Source: Iphione sp. A-MEVVRFRX5
Taxonomy: Eukaryota
NCBI GenBank assembly: GCA_976226885.1
Contig: OZ320317.1
Coordinates: 38,564,001 to 38,628,000, forward strand
Reading direction: 5' to 3'
Length of the DNA: 64,000 bases
Positions within the stretch are counted from its first letter, which is position 1. Each line of letters begins with the position of its first letter. The position numbers and the translations under genes are program-made. This document shows, piece after piece, positions 61,001-64,000 of this stretch. The notes beneath the pieces were generated by a model. The model was not told the origin of the DNA, ran no database searches, and saw nothing but the letters and a program-made list of their open reading frames with translations.

Positions 61001-62190
61001 TGGCACGGGACTGTATACAACATGTCGACTCAAATATTTCCTAGCCGACGGAGCCAGTGGTATTGTACAGATGGTCATGTCAGTGTCCTCCAACTGCTTT
61101 CCTAGTTTTCTTGAGAAGAAAGAATAGTTATACAAATAGGCCAACGACAATAGCTAGACACTTTGATACGTTTATGCACGTTAAATGGAGGCTTCAACAC
61201 TGACATGTCAAACAGGATTGATTCTTGCGGGAATCACGTAGGTCATGATGCGTTTATTTTCGCACTACAATAAAGACTGCAATTCGTCGCATTATTTACA
61301 TGAGGCTGAGACAGATTTAAGTTTCATCAGATCCGCGTCGATAAATAGATGCCTTATAAAGTGGTTGCTCCGTCTGTGTTACCAAGACAGCCCCATGATG
61401 AGCACCTTTAGCCAGTGCCAGGGGCGATATGCCTACTGGTTACTGAGCTTAGATTATCTCCACAGCCCCCTGGATTATCGCTTTGCATGTGGCTTCCATA
61501 ATCTTCGGATGCATTAGTCTCGGTTGAGGAAGCCAGCTTACCTGATCTCCGCCAGTGTGACCTGGTCCCAATCCGTCTTGGCTGTCTGTTGGCTGCTCGT
61601 CTCCGCACGCCTTCATTTTAAACGGTAGCAGTACACGACCAGAATAACAGAACCGAAAAGGCCAAACGGGGCCGGATTAACGGTCGAGAAACGGGACAAG
61701 AATGAAAGGGAGGGGAAGACCGTGGGTACAATGAGGGAAAGAGAATCGTTATCCGTGAGGGACGAAGAGGAAAAAAAGGTCAAAACTGTAAGAGACTGTA
61801 AGCTTAAGAGGGTCTGATAAAAGATCGAGGTACCGCCGAGGTGTAAAAGGGTAGGAAAGCAGAGGTAGATGGATGGGATTGCGAGATGAAAAACACGAGA
61901 GGCAAACAGACGGACAGATAGACAGAACCAGAACTCGAGGAAGCGCGAGTAAGAGACAGCAACGAAAGAATGGAGAGAAACTCCTCCCACACGCGTCATT
62001 TTTCAGTTGATTCTTGAAGGTTGGTTTGTTTTGATTTGTTCATATGCCAACGTAAAATGGTATACGGTGGGTGCGATACAAACATAAACTGTGCCCCACT
62101 CGCCTTCTCATCTTTCTTCGCGGTCATCAGCACTTATCGCCTTTTAAACACTGAAGTACGGTGACCACCCACTCGCATTTAGAGGTACAT

Positions 62191-62547
62191 TTACCCTAGT
62201 TCCCAAGCGGCACCCGCTGCACGTGTAGATTTATAACCATGTTTTGCCTTAACCGATCCAGCGGAAGACATGGGGAGCTGTGCGGGGTTCCTCATACCCC
62301 AGGCAGCAGCCAGCATGATTTGGTCAGCAGTGAGATTGAATGGTATCTGAAGCAGGCGCGCCCGCCATCTCCGCTGTCGGGGACGCCGAGCTGAGCCCAC
62401 GGACGTCAAACTTTACGACCGGTTCCACCTGCCAAGTCAGCACTTTCCCATTGCGACTTTTTCTGCGAGATGCATGCGCAACCCTTCAGAGTCCGATCAC
62501 CGCTTGAAAAGGTACATGTGTGAGGCTACGGCGCCCCATACAAATGT
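62191..62547 (+). repeat. Copy 1 of a small dispersed repeat (probable non-autonomous DNA-element end), CpG-rich
   Basis: TTACCCTAGTTCCCAAGCGGCACCC (62191-62215) recurs exactly at 63686-63710, and CCCATACAAATGT (62535-62547) recurs at 63708-63720. Confidence 0.6.
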
Positions 62548-63567
62548 ACAGTTAGTCCACAGTGCGCAAATATTTCGATATATTTCCGTCTTTTTTCTGA
62601 CCTTTGAGATATATTTTTGGCGGTTTTCGTCTCTACACCGTCACTGAGATATTCAACCTTTATCTCCTATCGTTAGAAGCCTCCTAAATGCTACGAGTCT
62701 TTTTATCTTATGTTCTCTACTCCTGATGCTGGTGTGGAGCAATCCCCCGCATTTTCTCTTCCTTCCTGTTTCGTCTCTACCGAACCTTGATATATGTACT
62801 AACTATTTAGTGATATTTCAGAGAAGTAAAAGGTGGAAAACCTCAAGTTCACTTCACTTTTTCTGTACGACCAGGTTCTCAGTTTTTCCTCGATTAAACG
62901 GGCACTTAAAATAGAACCAATTAATTTTTAAAATCCTCTTTTTTCATCCCAGGAAGATCCATCAATTGGATTCACCAAGAGACCATTTCCCAGCGCGTGA
63001 GAGAATAAATTAAGATCAGCATGCATTTATACATGCTCCTAATTTGCAAGGATAAGCTACATTATCCCCAAATTAACACTGTTCACACTTCAAAGCCATA
63101 TGAGATACCGAAAGTATATTTATATACTTTAACATTTTTTAGGATAGCTGCTCGTAGTGGCTTAGGTTAAAACTGCGTATTTAGAGCCAGTATTTCCATC
63201 TGTTTTTACGTTTGAAATGTCATTTCCGTAGAATATGGTTTCATTAATAAAATTTAGGAAATCATATCTAGTTTATGATACATCATTAATACATTTGTAC
63301 ATTCTACTATAATATACTATAATATTATCCAGCCAGGTAACGTTCTGTTCTAAGGACCCCTCAGTTTAAAGTCTTTGACGCAATTTATTCGTTTTAAACT
63401 CATTTTTCACTAGAAATATTAGAAACTTATTCCTTTGCGCCAATTTTTTCATTTCCCTTTATAAGTTCATTTACAAATGTATATAAGACACTGATCAATC
63501 TTCTGACCTCCTAGTCGATCTTGTACAAGGCAGAATCGGAACACTTCGACTATATCAACACTTTGCA

Positions 63568-63586
63568 ATATATATATATATATATA
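63568..63586. repeat. (TA)n microsatellite
   Basis: Direct reading of the sequence. Confidence 0.9.
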
Positions 63587-63685
63587 TGACGAGGACCACT
63601 TGGTAATATATACGGTCAGGACTCGAAAACCGAATAGATAGTGTTTCACTGAATTGTGTCCAGGCGAGTTGTTGCAACTCATGAG

Positions 63686-63720
63686 TTACCCTAGTTCCCA
63701 AGCGGCACCCATACAAATGT
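63686..63720 (+). repeat. Copy 2 of the same repeat, with both shared motifs fused
   Basis: A 25-bp exact match to 62191-62215 runs directly into the motif found about 320 bp further along in copy 1. Confidence 0.7.
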
Positions 63721-64000
63721 TGTATGAGACGTGGGCAAGAATAGTTTTTAAAAGCCAGTACATCTTTTTCTACAAACTGAACTACAACGGGTCGTTCTAC
63801 CAAAGCACACATTTGGGTAAGTTGAGAAAGAGGGGTGGCATTGTTTGCTAGGTCAGTATTCACAAATGACTGCAACGCCATGCTCGAAAGTGTGCCATAA
63901 GCAAAGAAATTCCACGCCGTAATTCGTCAACATTTCTCAATCCAGCCAATGCAGGACGGACAAATATTACGCTGATAGGATATGTTTGGTTTACCTAGAT

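Overview
This is eukaryotic (animal) genomic DNA, not prokaryotic: it has no operon-like gene density, but has microsatellites, spliceosomal splice signals and three classes of transposable element (TE). An invertebrate such as amphioxus is my guess from composition and TE types, not an identification. Three features are well supported. (1) The 3' part of a decayed tyrosine-recombinase (DIRS/Ngaro-type) retrotransposon at 1-2053, with a split direct repeat and an internal deletion. (2) A young, 5'-truncated, RNase H-encoding I-group-like LINE at 40458-41966 with a perfect 13-bp target-site duplication (TSD). (3) A dead pogo/Tigger DNA transposon at 53306-55058 on the minus strand, flanked by TA. 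I recognise no conserved host protein domain on either strand, and almost all other ORF-track entries look spurious. The rest is non-coding DNA with several CpG-dense, promoter-like patches. The most interesting but unproven signal is a series of ATG-initiated plus-strand exon candidates that all end in intron phase 2, suggesting the multi-promoter 5' region of a large gene whose shared exons lie beyond the window. Other leads are an unclassified structured element at about 23.0-24.3 kb with hammerhead-like relics, an in-frame host ATG in front of the LINE RNase H ORF, and a fold-back inversion inside the DIRS RT. I cannot claim a novel biological system from sequence alone.
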